Origin: Eutreptiella sp. 'Long Island Sound 2002'
Lineage: Eukaryota; Protista; Euglenida
DNA length: 64,000 nucleotides
Direction: 5' to 3'
Assembly (NCBI GenBank): GCA_964036045.1
Contig: OZ038379.1
Coordinates: 32,736,001-32,800,000, forward strand
Shown here: piece after piece, positions 25,621-38,617 of the stretch
How the letters are laid out: the number at the start of each line of letters is the position of its first letter
Numbering within the stretch: position 1 is the first letter of the stretch
Translations under genes and position numbers: made by a program
Notes under the pieces: model-generated
Seen by the model: the letters and a program-made list of their open reading frames with translations, nothing else
Databases searched by the model: none
What the model was told of the DNA's origin: nothing

Positions 25621-28600
25621 ATCCTCCTCTGGACTAGCCATCCTTTGGTCGTGGGCTGCCACCCCCTCAAGGAGGCTCGCTTCGACCTTCCACTGCGCAA
25701 GCCCCCATAGGAGCACTTGCCTTGGGTCGCTGCATCATATGTCGTGGGGGCTTTGCCTTTTGCGGCCCCAGTAGCCCCCAGGCCAGGGTTTCACGATACC
25801 CCTAACGGCGCCTGGTCGCCTAGAGGGATCCATCAAAAGTACCTGCAAGAATCGAAAGGTGATCAATCAATCGAGACCATGGCACGGCTTGCAGTTGTAG
25901 CCCCATAGTTCCGGAGGACAGCCACTAGGATATCCAACGCCTGCTGCACCGCGGTGGTTCCCCGGCGAAGAGGCGTGCTGGGTTTTGCCTCAAGAAGGCT
26001 GCTCAGCTTCCTTGGAACGCCCCCGTTCCTTTGAAACGACCCCCCCCTGCGTGCACAATACGCCCAAGAACCACGGGGGCCAGAGTCGGGACCCTCCCCT
26101 GTACAGCTTGGGCCATGAGCTTACATAGCCCCGTCATAAACACCCTCAGTTGGCCAGTTGAGCGCCCTCCCCTTGCCCCTGGCCTGTCCGGTGCCCTGGC
26201 TAGGCCTTGGCCTCGGTGACGTTCACCAGGCAAGCGGCCACCGCCCGGCATTTTGGGGAGTCAGCATGTGAGTTCCCGGCTTCTCCCCAACCTTCCCAGC
26301 GCCCCCTGGAGCGCCGGGCCAAAAGCCTGTGGTGAGGCCGGCCCTCCATCCCCCGGCCAACCGCCGACAACCTCCTGGTGAGGCGCTAGTGGTGTGATGG
26401 GGATTCCAAGAGCTCGTGCAGCGGCGTTCCCCCACCCTTGCATCCCACACCTTGCCTCCTTGTGCCCCGCCGCATGTGAGGGCACTGGAAAAGGTGATGG
26501 AGGCATTGCGTTCGCGGCAGCGCAGCTCCCCGTACCAAGTCTGGACGCTAGCAGGGCAAGGGGCTGGGTGAAGGACTGGTGAGCCCCTTGGGCCCTAGGT
26601 GCCCTTGTCGACAGGGGGGGCAGTGACTAGCCACGTGTGCCCTGTTCTTGGTGGTCGTGTTTAGGGAGGAGCCGAATTTCGTGGTCCCCGTGACCAAAGC
26701 TTCCTGAGCTCCGGCCGTAACCGGTGCTTGTTGTCCTTGGGACACAGCAACCAAACGTTCTTGGCTGCAGTCACGAGCGCTGAAGCCGTAGTAGCCACGG
26801 TGAGGAGCTGGGAGGCCTTGTTGGGGATGCGCAGGTGTTTGATGATGATGAGGACGGCGCCAGCCCCGTGGGAGGCGGAGGCATGGGGCACCGATGAGAG
26901 GCGTTCAAGGAGGGCCAAGATGCCAAGGGCGTTGGTGTGGGGGGCTTGCTCCAAGAATTGTTCCGACGTGGGGAGGGAGCCGCCGGGGGCTGTGATGGCC
27001 GGGGCTTGTGAGGGGGCGTGCAGGAGTAGTGAGGTTGCAGGGAGGCCGGAAGCGGCCCTCGCTTTGGACGAAAGATGTTCCTCAAGAAGGCTCTGTTCTG
27101 CTTGAAGAAGCTGCCGGGTAAAGGTCCACCACCATAGCATCAGTGATGAGGAGAAGGCAGATAAAATCAGGTTGATGTCAAACACATCGGTAATGCCAGC
27201 GTGATGTCTCGCCACCACCAGAGGCTGCTTGGTGACAGGGTTGAATGATAAGGAGAGCAGGGGCCAAGCTGCAGTGCAGCTGAGCTACTCGCGCTGCTCG
27301 TCATGGGATAGCTAGGTCAACGGGTGTGCCATGAGGTCTGTGGGATGAAGAGGTGATATGGGCTGGTCGTGGGCGCGGGGACGGCGGCAAGGTTGCGCGC
27401 TCTGTTGTCGAGGACACGTAAGCTCAGCTCTGGCCGTGCAGCACACCGGTGAGAGACGCGCGCAGTGTGTCGCTGGTGTTGAGCTACCGGCACGCTACAT
27501 GTGTGACGTGCCGCCCGCTGGGAGAGCAAATGGAGGAGCGGGGCGCGGAGGATCACGGGCTTCACTTGGCCGATGTGGGCCAGGGTTTCCAGCAAGGTAC
27601 GGAAGTCCATGCTCCGGACCGGGCCATCCCCAAAGGGGGTGCTGTGCTGTGGGGCCTCGTGGACAAGATCATGTTGCTGAGCCTGTGTGGCAACAGCCGG
27701 CCAATCAACGAGGAGCTCCAGGGCGGACCGAAAAGAGAGCCATGGACCCGATCGCAGAGTCACCAGCCGAAGGCAAGGCGCGACTTCCCATGGGGACAGA
27801 CTTGCGGGCGGAACCTTTGCCACCGGGGAGCCCTGTTAGGATGGCTCTGTGGCAGCGGTGCACCGCAAGTGACTGATGCACTGGACGACGAAAGTGAGTT
27901 GCATAGACATCACCGTGCTCGCTGCACTCGTTGAGCATCGTCAGAGACCACCTGCTGCGCAACTTCCCCCCTTCTTCCGTCACTACCCCATGTGTACGTG
28001 ACGCGCTTGCTTCGGAAGACGGGGGGAACGTCAGCGGGGGTTTGGGCTGATTCGACGTGAACCCGCTTTTGGGGGTGGGCTGATACCAAGCGTTGCGACG
28101 GGGGGTCAGTCAGGGAGCTGTTGCCGACACTCCACGGCTCCCCGGTGATGTCTTTCCGGTAGGTTAGGGTGAGCTCCCAGCCGTCAGGCTGCTGGAGTTG
28201 CCGCTTGTGGTGAGCTACTCAGAGTAAAGTGTGTACTTTGGCCGCTACCACGGCTATCCTCCAACCACGTCGGCTAACCTAGGGTTAGACGTATACAGGG
28301 GTTCCTAGGGTCAGCGTGAGCGCGGCTGTCCTGGCCTCTTGGTTGTCGCCTTGAAGGCTTGCGATACGTACCGTGCTGGGTGCAGTGGCGGTCGAAGGCT
28401 GCGATTGGGGAGCCCAGAGGAGAGACGCCGCTGGCGGATGCTGTTTGGCCGTCAGCGTCAGGAGGGGTCTGGGTGCTAAGCGCTGTGGGGGGGGGGGGGG
28501 CTAGGAGGACGGTGGTAGGGCCCACAAGGGGGGCAGATAGGCTGGCCCAGAACCAGTTGAAATTTGCCGTCTCATGAACAAGTAGGAGGAGCTGCTTCAC

Positions 28601-29300
28601 CCTCTCGTGTAGCTGCTGGTACTCGGCGGCAGTGCACAGGCACGTCGGGGGGCAAAGTTGATAAATCCCATGGCGAAAAGAGGCGGCGTCTACGACATTG
28701 CAGGGCAGAGTAGACCATGAGGGGGAAAGACGGGCTGGGCGTTGGCTGTGGGGCCGCTGATGTCCAGTTGATCCTTGGGCGGGTTGCGTTGGCTGTGATA
28801 CGGGGTTGGCCATATGACAGTACGGGCCGACTACTCCGCCGTATAATGGGGGATGATGCTGAGCCGAGAGAAGGCGGGGGAGCATGGTGACTTGGACCGC
28901 TGGAGGCTCGATCTTGGCAAGGTCCATAGCCGCGACGAGTAGGGTGGAGGACCATGAGGGGTCTGGGGTTGAAAAATGCTGGGCGTACTCGGACTCCCGA
29001 TGATGGCGGATGATGGCGTCAGCCGCCTTCCGAGGCCCGATGATAAGGCGTCCCTAGTGCGTGGCCAGAACGCGACTTGTGAAGAGCTCAATCCAAGGCA
29101 CTGAGTACGCGCAACCCTCGTACGGCCTGAGACGTAGCAAACAGTCCGCCTCCGCGTTGAGTAAGGCCACAACGGTGGAGGAGCCGGAGTCGTGCTGGGT
29201 TGAGAGCCACACCTCACGTAGACAGGCCCGGACCCTTAGGACAGGCCGCCTCATCCCCAACAGGACCAGGGGGCAAGCTGGCTTGTAGGAGGCAATCCAC
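25600..29300 (-). mobile_element. Highly decayed tyrosine-recombinase retrotransposon (DIRS/TATE-like): RT-like at about 27000-27800, YR-like at about 25600-26500
   Basis: LAHIGQVKP..LRVLDNRARNLAAVPAP..HLFIP resembles the start of DIRS-type RT. VWDARVGE resembles YR box I. Many stops and frameshifts. Confidence 0.4.
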
Positions 29301-29439
29301 GTTAACCCCTATTTTCTACTTGCGGTACAACCACGGATCCTCATCACGAGGGATGCGGCTTCGCATAGGGCACACCAATGTGGTCAATAGAAAACCACAT
29401 CCTTTGTACTGCATGCACCACATTTTTTGCTCGCACTGC

Positions 29440-30472
29440 CACCAACCCCCCCCCCCCCCCCTGGTGCGCCTCGTTAGCGCGCAAACCCGCCCCCCGGTAT
29501 GCACCGCCTTGTATGTGGACCTCCCTCAGCTTCGGCTCGCGTCGCTCCGTACGGGGGACATCCCTGCACCCCCCTTAAATAACAAGACTCCTGCAGTGGC
29601 TACAGACCGCCTTTTGTATGCACCACCTTGTGTGTGCACCACCTTGTATCTCCACCGCGTCGTGTATGCACCGCCTTGTATGTGGACTACGACTCGCTTC
29701 GCTGGATGCGGGGGACACCCCTGCACCCCGCTTAAATAACAACACTGCGGTGGCTAAAACCCACCTTTTATGTGCACCGCCTTGTGTATGCACCGTCTTG
29801 TACGTGGACTACGGCTCGCTTCGCTCGATGCGGGAAACATCCCCGCACCCCCTCTAAAGAACAAGACTTTTGCAATGGCTACAGACCGCCTTTTGTGTGC
29901 ACCGCCTTGTCTGTGCAAAGCCTTGTATGTGCACCGCCTTGTATGTGGACTACGGCTCCCTTCGCTTGATGACGGGGACACAACCCGCATACCCCTTAAA
30001 TAACAAGACTCCTGCGGTGGCTACAGACCGCCTTTTGTGTGCACCGCCTTGTATGTGCACCGCCTTGTGCATGCACCGTCTTGTATGTGGACTACGGCTC
30101 GCTTTGTTCGATGCGAGAGACATCCCCACACCGCCTCTAAAGGACAAGACTTTTGCAATGGCTCCAGACCGGCTTTTTTGTGCACCGCCTTGTCTGTGGA
30201 ACGCCTTGTATGTGCACCGCCTTGTATGTGGACTACGGCTCCCTTCGCTTGATGACGGGGACACAACCCGCATACCCCTTAAATAACAAGACTCCTGCGG
30301 TGGCTACAGACCGCCTTTTGTGTGCACCGCCTTGTATGTGCACCGCCTTGTGTATGCACCGTCTTGTATGTGGACTACGGCTCGCTTCGCTCGGTGCGGG
30401 GGACATCCCCGCACCCCCCTTAAATAAGAAGCCTCCTGCGGTGGCCACAAACAACCATTTGTGTGCACAACC
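29440..30472. repeat. Minisatellite array (GCACCGCCTTGTATGT core; 283-bp higher-order period), left host flank of the LINE
   Basis: gcaatggct.cagacc at 29872 and 30155. The same motifs resume at 39816-40095 and 53451-53530. Confidence 0.85.
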
Positions 30473-31455
30473 GTTTTGAATTGTACAGCCACTTTAATGT
30501 CCGGACAGGGAGACAGCCCTCAATCAGAGTGAAGTGTAAATACAAACGTGCTTGGCTCTCCCTAGCACTATGTGAGGGGTGTAGCCATGGAGGAACCTCG
30601 GAACTCGCCCTGTCGTGGATGGGTAGGGTTGAAGAGAGCGAGGTTGCCTTGGCACGCGCCCGTTTGGGTGCCTGGTTGGTTGCATAGAGAAGTGGAGGCG
30701 TGACAGGAGAGAATCAGGATCAAGGGGAGGAACGGAGGCGCTGTGATGTGAGACGTGATGGTGTGGATAAAATCAGCCAAGGCTTACTGAATTGTTGGAA
30801 CAAGTCGGTAACTACTGTGAAGTGTGCAGGCAGACATAGAGAAGGATCTCGGGGGGGACCGGTGTAAAATGCATATTGGTCTATGTGAACAATTATTTTC
30901 GAAGGACGACAGTCGAGTAGTATTCTGGGGGGGGGGGGATCTGGATCCAGTTCTGACAACACTGATAACGCTTGTGGTGGCCTTACCGTAGTAATGGCGC
31001 GGTCGCCGTCTCCAAACTCGACCGGTGAGAGATGTGTGTACGTCGCGGAAGGAAGGAGCTCGCAGAGATGACCAAGTGGTTGGTAGTCGGAACCGCTGTG
31101 TGCAATGGATCAGGGCCTCACAAACTGACTTCAGTGTTCGAAGGGATTGGAAAGGGTCTCCCAGGGTGCATTATCAGGTTGTCCGCATGCAACGCCAAGA
31201 CAAACGCCGATTGCGGGTGGGCTTGGTGCACTGGAGTGCTGCAGACATTTAGACGAGGTACCACAGGATTTCAGGGGACGGCTCGCGGGGTTCAGGTACC
31301 CAGAACAAGCAATAGTAGTATCCAAGACATTCAGGTTCATACCACCAGTGGATGCCGAGGTACCACATGATAGCAATGGATAGGGAAAAGGCTGAGAAGT
31401 GGGATGAGTGACTGAAGGGGTAGGGGCCTCGTTCGTTCGGCTAGGGTTCAATCTG

Positions 31456-34400
31456 TTATTGGCCGAGATGAAACCGCTTGCTGGGGGGGGGGGGGGGTAG
31501 GGCAAGCGATGGGGGGGGGGGCGGAAAAGATTCCGTCGCTGATCTCGCTGACGGGGGCGGCTTGGCTGGAGGTAGAGGGGGGACTGGAGCTCGGAAGAAG
31601 TCAGTAATCCGTCGGTTGGAGCTGTCAGCGCCGGGGGGTTGGGGGGGTGCCACTGGTTTAGGGGCGTAAGTGTCACTTCGACTTTTGCGTGGTGGGGGGT
31701 CTTCAGTGTCCCGGTCGCGTTTCGTGGGTGGTCGTTTGGGATGCATGGGCCTTTTGCTTTTGTGGGTGCGTGGCTTTTTTGAGGGGGGGGATTGGACTGA
31801 GTCTGGCAGGTGGTCCGGGGGCAAGGGATAGTGGTATTCGCTGTGCGCCCGTGGGGTGTGTGACGTGCTGTAGATGCTGTTTGGTTTGCCCCAGGTGTTG
31901 GGACCTTGGGGGGGGGGGGGGCGCGGGAGGGGGGGGGGGGGATCTTCGGCTAGCCAAGTGAGTGCTTTGGACAGAGCGTCTTTCAACTTTCGCTGGCGCT
32001 GGGGGAGTGCATTTTTAAAAGACAAGACGCGCCGGGGTTTGGTTTCGCCTGTTGTGGGTGTAATCATGGCTTCGTACAGGGTGGAGGGCACCAGGAGCTT
32101 GACGAAGTTTCGTTTGTCTCCTGGGTGGGAGCACTGGGCCCACCAGATGCTTGCTACTTGGCTGAAAGGCGGAGGCCACGCATGTATGAAGCTTTGCACA
32201 ATGTGGTCAGCGCTAGGGCAGTGGGATAGGAAGGAGGCTGCATCGAGGGGGTGTGGTTGTGAGCATTTGTGACATATTCGAGGAGTTAGGTCGTTGTGGA
32301 ATGCATAAGTAAGGAAATTCATGTTGCCAGACGACCATTTGAAGGGGAGTCCAGAGAACCACGATGAGTGGTTGTAGAAGAAAAAACTGGACGGCACGTG
32401 AATGTTGTGGTGGTGATGGCGGGGGATGAGGGCCCTCGATACAGAGGTGGTTAGGCGGTGGCAGACAGGCAAGCTACCGGAGGATACAGTTCCCAAGGGG
32501 GGTGGGGGTTGCAACTCAGGGGAGGATGATGAACTATATGCAATCCACTTGGAGAATAGATCACAACATTCATTTCCCTGAAATCCCGCGTGCCCTTTGA
32601 TCCATGCGAATTGCGTTGACACGAATCTTGGCATCTGAGCTTGGAGGGAGGAGTAAGCCTTAACCCATGTGCCATGTGATGAGCGCGATGCCATCACCTA
32701 TGATTGAGTGTTTGCAGTGCGGATTACTTGTTCGTTGTCGCCTAGAATTATGCATTGCATAGGTTGGTTTAGGGAGGACACCCACCGAAGAAGCATAATG
32801 CCAGCCCAGTACTCGGACCCTTCAGAGGAATAATAGGGGGATGGGAGGCAAAGAACCAGAACCGTACCGTTGGGGTTGTAGATGGTGGCAGCAGAGCCGA
32901 AACCCCCTTGCTACGCCGAACCATCCAGGTATACCCAGGTTGTTTCGGAGGAGGCCTCTTGCAGGAGTTGGGCTGCTCAGTTGCAGTTCCACGCTTTGAG
33001 GTCATCAGCTCGGAGAGAGTGCGGGGGTAGGCCGTGGATTTGGTACAAATATCCCATTGGTGAGGCTTGGAGCAGGACCCCGTTCAAGGGGGGGGGGGGG
33101 TGTTGTCACGTAGGGGGGGGCAGGCGTTGTAGGAAGGGATTAAGAGATGGTGGTTCCCGAGGATGTTGGTGGGCGCGGCTATGACTGGGGGGTGGATGGT
33201 GTAGACTTTTTCTGACCCCCGGAGGTTGAAGGTTGTGTCATCCCCCGGGAAGTAGATGGCTGCTTGGTCGCAAGAGGTGTCAGTCACGATGCCTCTGTGG
33301 ATGCCCAGGTCTGTGTTTTGGTGGCGTTGCTTGTTGCCCCACTTGGTAACTCGGTTGCTGGAGTAAGTGGTGAAATGGACATAGGCGTGTTCACATTTTT
33401 GGAGCAGGTGGGGTGGAGTGTTAATTTCAGAGCTTGTGGTGTTGAATCTTACGTGGAGGCTGTGACAGGCATCGCTGATCAGCTTGAGGACCATTGAGTT
33501 TTCCGCGCCAAGTGCTGCTTGCCGAAAAATTTGGTTGGTTTCGTCCGGAGCCTCGTTGTTCAAGTAGCGGATGGCAAAATTGACAGTAGAGATATTGAGG
33601 CAGTGTTGGAAGTGGCGCAAGTCAAGTCCACCATGGGGCCTGGAAGTGTATTTGTCTTTGTTAGACACTAATCTGGAGATGCGGTTGCGTTTTTCTGGAT
33701 CATGGTCAATGGCAATGTTTTTCCAAATGATGTTTTGCAGGGATTTGAGCTGTGATTGATCGAGTGGGTGAGCCATGAGGCGATATTGGAGAGTGGGGAT
33801 TAGCTGGAGGTTCACCAGTCGGATATATTTAGAAAGGGTGAGGTTGAGTGGATGTAAGAAAGTGAAAAAAGACGTGATTTCAGATTTAGCCAGTTCATAT
33901 GTGAGAATGGGGTCGGGATCTGTAAACAGGTAAACACCGAGGTATTTGTATACCTTCCGGGGAGCGAGGGTTTTTGGGTCGATGGTTGATAACCTCTTTC
34001 GAGAAGGTGCAGTGATCGTGGTTTGAGGGGCCTTTCCCATGCTGTGGAGTTCTGCTTTGCTGAGGTTGATGTCTAGACCCCATGCCCGGCCCTTGGAGTC
34101 ATAGAAAGACAGGATCTCTTCAATGCGTTGGGAAGATTCGGAGCGGTACAGCAGGTCATCCACAAACGCATGGCTAGATTCATGTTGTGTGATGGGAGTG
34201 GACAGGTGGTGAGGGACAGCGAATAGTAAAACATTCACGTACAATACGAACAGGATCGGAGATAAGGGACATCCTTGGCGGACGCCTCTGGTTTGCAGGT
34301 GTGATGCACTGGTGTGGCCGTTAACTACAAGGTAGTCCCGTGGAGCTCGGTAGAGCCCAAGGATGAGTCGGATGAGGGGGGAGGGGAGGCGGTAGTGTTC

Positions 34401-36555
34401 CAGGGTCTTAAACAGGGACCCGTGAGGGACACTGTTGAAGACTTTGTTGAAATCTATGTAGAGGCTCTATGAAGCTGGGCAGTTTTGGTATTTGGCCAAT
34501 AGTTGAAAAATGTGATCTGAGCACCGGCGGTTGGGAAGGCCGCCGAACTGAGTTTTGTGGATCAAGCCATAAAACGAGGAAATTTCGTATAGGTGTTTGG
34601 CAGCGTGAGTGGCCACAATTTTGTAAAGCGTGTTAAGGAGGGCGATTGGTCTGTAGTTCACCGGGTCGTGTGTTGGGCCTTTTTTGTAAAGCAAAACCAC
34701 GTTAGCTTCCAACCACGCATCACGCATATCGTTGGTAAGGTGGAGGTCGCAGACAGAGAGCAGAAATCGTTTCACTGGTTCGGGAGAGATATGGAAAAGG
34801 TAACCATTCGTGGAGTCTCGGCCACCTGCCTTCGAAGGTTTGCAGGAGTGCAGGTAGGAAGTGAACCCGTGCCATGAGATTTCCGGCGTAGGGGTGATGG
34901 CTGTGGTGGGGGGGCACTGGGGTGTATGCCGGAGGAGTTCTTCGGCAGTGTTTACACTAGGTTCGTAGTTTAGGGGTCCGCCCAGAGTGAGTAGGGTGTC
35001 AGAAAAAATTTCGGTGAGGCGTTTGGTGTCACTTGTTAATTTGCCTGTGTTTGGGTCTTTCAATGTGGATGTTCGATGCTCCGTTGGGTTTGCCGCTTCG
35101 TTGAGTGTTTTCTTGATGTTGGTTTTTTGGATGAGGCACTTGTGAATCTTTGACCTTTTAGATTTGTTGTAAGTGTCATCCCATTGGTGGATTGCATCAT
35201 TCAATTGTGCCATTCGGGTAGAAAATTGCGGGTGCGTTGGGGGGGGGGGGCATCGTTTAATGCCTGGCGAATGGATTTGATGGCTAGGGAGTCGGGTTTA
35301 ATGCAGGGGGCTGTGGTGTTGTGGTAGTGAGCGCTGAGCTCCCGAATGACCATGGAGGTGTATTTTTGGACCGTAGCAAGGGGGGGTGTTTTTGATGAGA
35401 GGGGTAAATGATTGGCACCACTCAGACATTTCTTGTAGGGCACCGTTGAAAGTGCTGATCTCAGACTTGTTGAGTTTTCTGAAAACGCGTTTGGTAATTG
35501 TAGATGGGTGGAAAGGGGTGGGGGGGATAGAAAGGGTGCACGAGGAGGGATGGTGGTCAGTAGCGCGGTTTTCTGAATGAATGCTTGCTTCCAAGAGGGA
35601 TATCTTCCCTAGTGAGGTCGGGGAAATGAAAATGTAGTCTGGTCTGGACGAGCTGGTGCGGTGTCCTTGTGGATACCTGGTGTACTCCCGTGCCGTAGGG
35701 TTCGCCAGACGGAAGGTGTCGCGTAGTAGGGGTGGGGTGGCCGTGGCTGAGTGTCTGATCCATGGCCAATGATTGTCATTCAGTAACCCCTGGCTGTCCA
35801 AGGCGGGGTTGATCAGACAATTGAAGTCACCCCCCAACAGGAAGTTTGGAAATTGCTTGAGGAGTGGGCGTAAGCTGGTTTCCACTTTCCTTCTCCATAC
35901 CTCGCCCGCAGGCGCGTACACAGAGGCGACTAGGAGAGGTGGTGAACCGGGCAGAGTGAGGAGGGCAGCTGTGATGAGACCATCTTTGTCGGGGTTATCG
36001 CAAGGGGTGACGAACTGGCTCAGGAGGGGTGAGAAGGCTAAACCGGAACCGTGTTCGTGGTGGGGGGATAAGTTTGAGAAAACCACAGCTCGGTGACCTT
36101 TTTGGTTGTAAATGTGAGGCACGAGGGGTTTTTTCCTGAGTTCTTGAAGGAAAACAATGTCGAAGCCTTGTTTGAAATGTTGTAAAAGAAGGGGGGTCGA
36201 AGGTTTCTTTTCTGTATTGTGGGTGATGGCACGGATGGTGTGGATTAGGCTTTTGGGTGATGGCTTCGCCGGAGCGTAGCCTTTTTTCAGTTTCGGATGT
36301 CACCGGAGGGGGGGAGGGGATTCTGGGGTTGGAGGGTGGCTCCATTCGAGAAACATTTGAATTATGTGTTGGACGTACGGAAACAATCGGGGAGGTGTTG
36401 GGCTCAAGGTCGGTCGCCGTGAGGTGTGTGAGGTCTGAGGGTGAGGGAGGGGAAGGGAAAAAAGGCACGGTGTTCATGTGGGACTCCACGAGGGTCGAAG
36501 CGGACGGGGCTGCTATGCCAGCCCCGATGAGCACGTCCTTTAGACTTTTAACCAT
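31456..36555 (-). pseudogene. LINE ORF2: AP endonuclease, reverse transcriptase, RNase H, Cys/His motif, Pro-rich tail
   Basis: APE: IRAITHN..DIVFLQE, ASVYAP, LLGGDFN, RPDYIF, TDHHP. RT: KAGGRD, NYRPIALLN, YIDFNK, GVRQGCPLSP, AFVDDL, YKYLG. RNase H: VYLDGS, GDNEQV, WIKGHAGFQGNECCD. C-terminal CHKCSQPH..SHC. Stop at 34467-34469, further stops near 32700-33000, frameshifts at G/C runs near 36310, 35380, 35240 and 33090. Confidence 0.93.
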
Positions 36556-38617
36556 GGCATTTGCAATGGCGCAAGATCATGGCGTATCGGAGAACTCGTT
36601 GCGTGTATTGGCCATTTCTTTCATCCATGGTAGTTTTGGGAATTGCATGCAAGTATGACCAGCGGGCTTCTCCCCGTAGACATGTGAGCGAACCGGAGCC
36701 CATCCAGTGGGCGTAGTGATGTCCTCCTTTCACATGGCGAAAATGCATGGGGACAGGACATTTGAGGTTCAAGTCTAGCACATATTTGCCCAACGCTTCG
36801 GCGTCCACATGATCTCCTAAGACTGAACCAGGCTCGTAGCGGGCGACAGTCACTTGGTTTGGAGCATCGATAGAAATACTGCGGGAGGCCAATTGAAGCA
36901 GAATTTTTTCAATGTAAGGCTCGAATTCGGGTGGTAGGTCTTCCAACCGTGTGATATCGGTGCCATTAGCTCCCATTCCATAGCCAAAGTGCTTCGGATG
37001 TCGATGCATAGAGGTGTCCCAATTTGGTTGGAGGTGTTCGAACATAGTAATGAGACTGTCTTCTTCCTCAGCAGTGAAGAGAGCTGGAATATAGTCGAGA
37101 CCGTCGGGAACTTTGTTAGAGGCGAAATGCGCAGGGGGCATTTTGTAGGAAACTTCGGGGTTCACTTCGGGCGGAGGATCGTGGTCGACATCGATGGTGT
37201 CGATTTTCTCGGCTTTCTCTTCCGGCGGGGGGTCTTGATCTACATTGATAGCTTCGGCGAAATTTGGATCCTTTCGGAAGTCTGCGGTGGCTTTGTCCTC
37301 AACGTCGTTATTCACTATTGGGCTGTATGGGTTGTGGACGTGTGCTTCGAGTATAGGAGTGAGGAGTTGTTGGTCATCCGTGTCCACGTCGGCCGGAGGG
37401 TGCACCTCTGGCGAAGGCGATGGGTGGTCGTTATTAGGCGGTGATGGACTGGATGTGGTTGGATGGGGAGTGCTTGAGGTTGAATCGGAGTTGTCGGGTG
37501 CCGTATCTCCTGAAGGATGGAAGAGGGGTGGTGAAGGGGAGAAGGCCGTAGAGGTGTTAGCGTGTGATGGTGTCTTAGGCGTGTTGTCTTCCGTGTTCCA
37601 TTGGGATATTTTGTCACGCGGGGTCGGAGGTGGCGCGTCCAATTTTTCTTGGAGTTCCATGAGCTGGGTGACAAAGGCGCCGGCACCAAGGGTTCCTCCA
37701 CATTGGAAAACAGCGATAAGGTCGTTGGGGTGTTCTTCGTCGGTGTGCGGTTTGAGGATTTTTTCCCGAGAGACATGGTCCGGTTCGAGGCAGCGTGCAG
37801 ATATTCCTCGGTAACTGAAGCCATGTGCCAATAGAGCAGAGTCCCTCTTTTGGTATTTGAGTTGGTATAGAGTGGCTACGTTAGACGACGTGATCACCTT
37901 GTCAATTGAGTAGAAGGGCCCTAGCAAACCCATAACTATTTTGACCGAATGAAGAGACTCAGTCATCGGTGCGGCAACTTCAACTAAGCATGGGTCACTC
38001 GGCGTGCGGACTGGATCTTTAGGAAGAGGCCATTTGTCTTGAGGAAGAGCCGTGGACGCGAGGGAGGCTGATTGAGGTTTTTCATCCCGAAAGGGAACCA
38101 TGGCTCCCGCCGGTCCTTTGAATAACAAGAATCCATCGTCACGGAACAACCTTGTTGCTAGAGTTTGAAGCGGGGTTTTTTGAGGTTCGCATGGCACCGC
38201 CGAGTAGTCTAGGGTGACCAGCAAACTCGTTGAGTTTTTTAAGAGAGCTCCTTCGTACATGCAGCAGCGAGGGTGGGCCGCAAAGTTCCGCCTTGTGATA
38301 GACCAAATATCACCCGCTTTGTCGTCGGGGTTGCGAGATTTGCAATCACGAGAGGGTACAACGTGGAAGGTTCGTAGACTTTGGAGATCCTCAATACGCA
38401 TGATGAAAATGTCTCCTTTGGCAAACACCGGGGAGTTGACCACCGCATTGCGCAAGTAGGTGTTGAAGGGTGGTGGGAGATCCCAATCATACCTCACAAA
38501 ACCTTCAAGAGGAGAGCGGAAATTGCGGATTCCCCCTAGTGGGTAGAAAGCATTGGATGAGTTGATGCTAGCCGCGTCACTCAAACCGCCGAAGCCTCGA
38601 TTGAAACCCGTTTGCAT
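36548..38617 (-). CDS. LINE ORF1 (689 aa): possible RRM-like region, Pro/acidic linker, C-terminal AlkB-family 2OG-Fe(II) dioxygenase (about 36560-37110)
   Basis: YIPALFTAEEEDSL, HFGY, PNQVTVARYEPGSVLGDHVD (HxD), LRGEARWSYLHAI (second His), RYAMILRH (Rx5R). Open frame. Confidence 0.88.
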   Translation of the reverse strand: MQTGFNRGFGGLSDAASINSSNAFYPLGGIRNFRSPLEGFVRYDWDLPPPFNTYLRNAVVNSPVFAKGDIFIMRIEDLQSLRTFHVVPSRDCKSRNPDDKAGDIWSITRRNFAAHPRCCMYEGALLKNSTSLLVTLDYSAVPCEPQKTPLQTLATRLFRDDGFLLFKGPAGAMVPFRDEKPQSASLASTALPQDKWPLPKDPVRTPSDPCLVEVAAPMTESLHSVKIVMGLLGPFYSIDKVITSSNVATLYQLKYQKRDSALLAHGFSYRGISARCLEPDHVSREKILKPHTDEEHPNDLIAVFQCGGTLGAGAFVTQLMELQEKLDAPPPTPRDKISQWNTEDNTPKTPSHANTSTAFSPSPPLFHPSGDTAPDNSDSTSSTPHPTTSSPSPPNNDHPSPSPEVHPPADVDTDDQQLLTPILEAHVHNPYSPIVNNDVEDKATADFRKDPNFAEAINVDQDPPPEEKAEKIDTIDVDHDPPPEVNPEVSYKMPPAHFASNKVPDGLDYIPALFTAEEEDSLITMFEHLQPNWDTSMHRHPKHFGYGMGANGTDITRLEDLPPEFEPYIEKILLQLASRSISIDAPNQVTVARYEPGSVLGDHVDAEALGKYVLDLNLKCPVPMHFRHVKGGHHYAHWMGSGSLTCLRGEARWSYLHAIPKTTMDERNGQYTQRVLRYAMILRHCKCHG

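Noticed and set aside
22901-25774. Pro/Cys-rich ORFs of 200-250 aa
   Set aside because: They are translations of the 680-bp tandem repeat, open on both strands, with no domain motifs.
29575-30492. Duplicated CTALCMHRLV-type ORFs
   Set aside because: Minisatellite translation.
36989-37834. Plus-strand ORFs overlapping LINE ORF1
   Set aside because: Antisense shadows of the AlkB-containing ORF.
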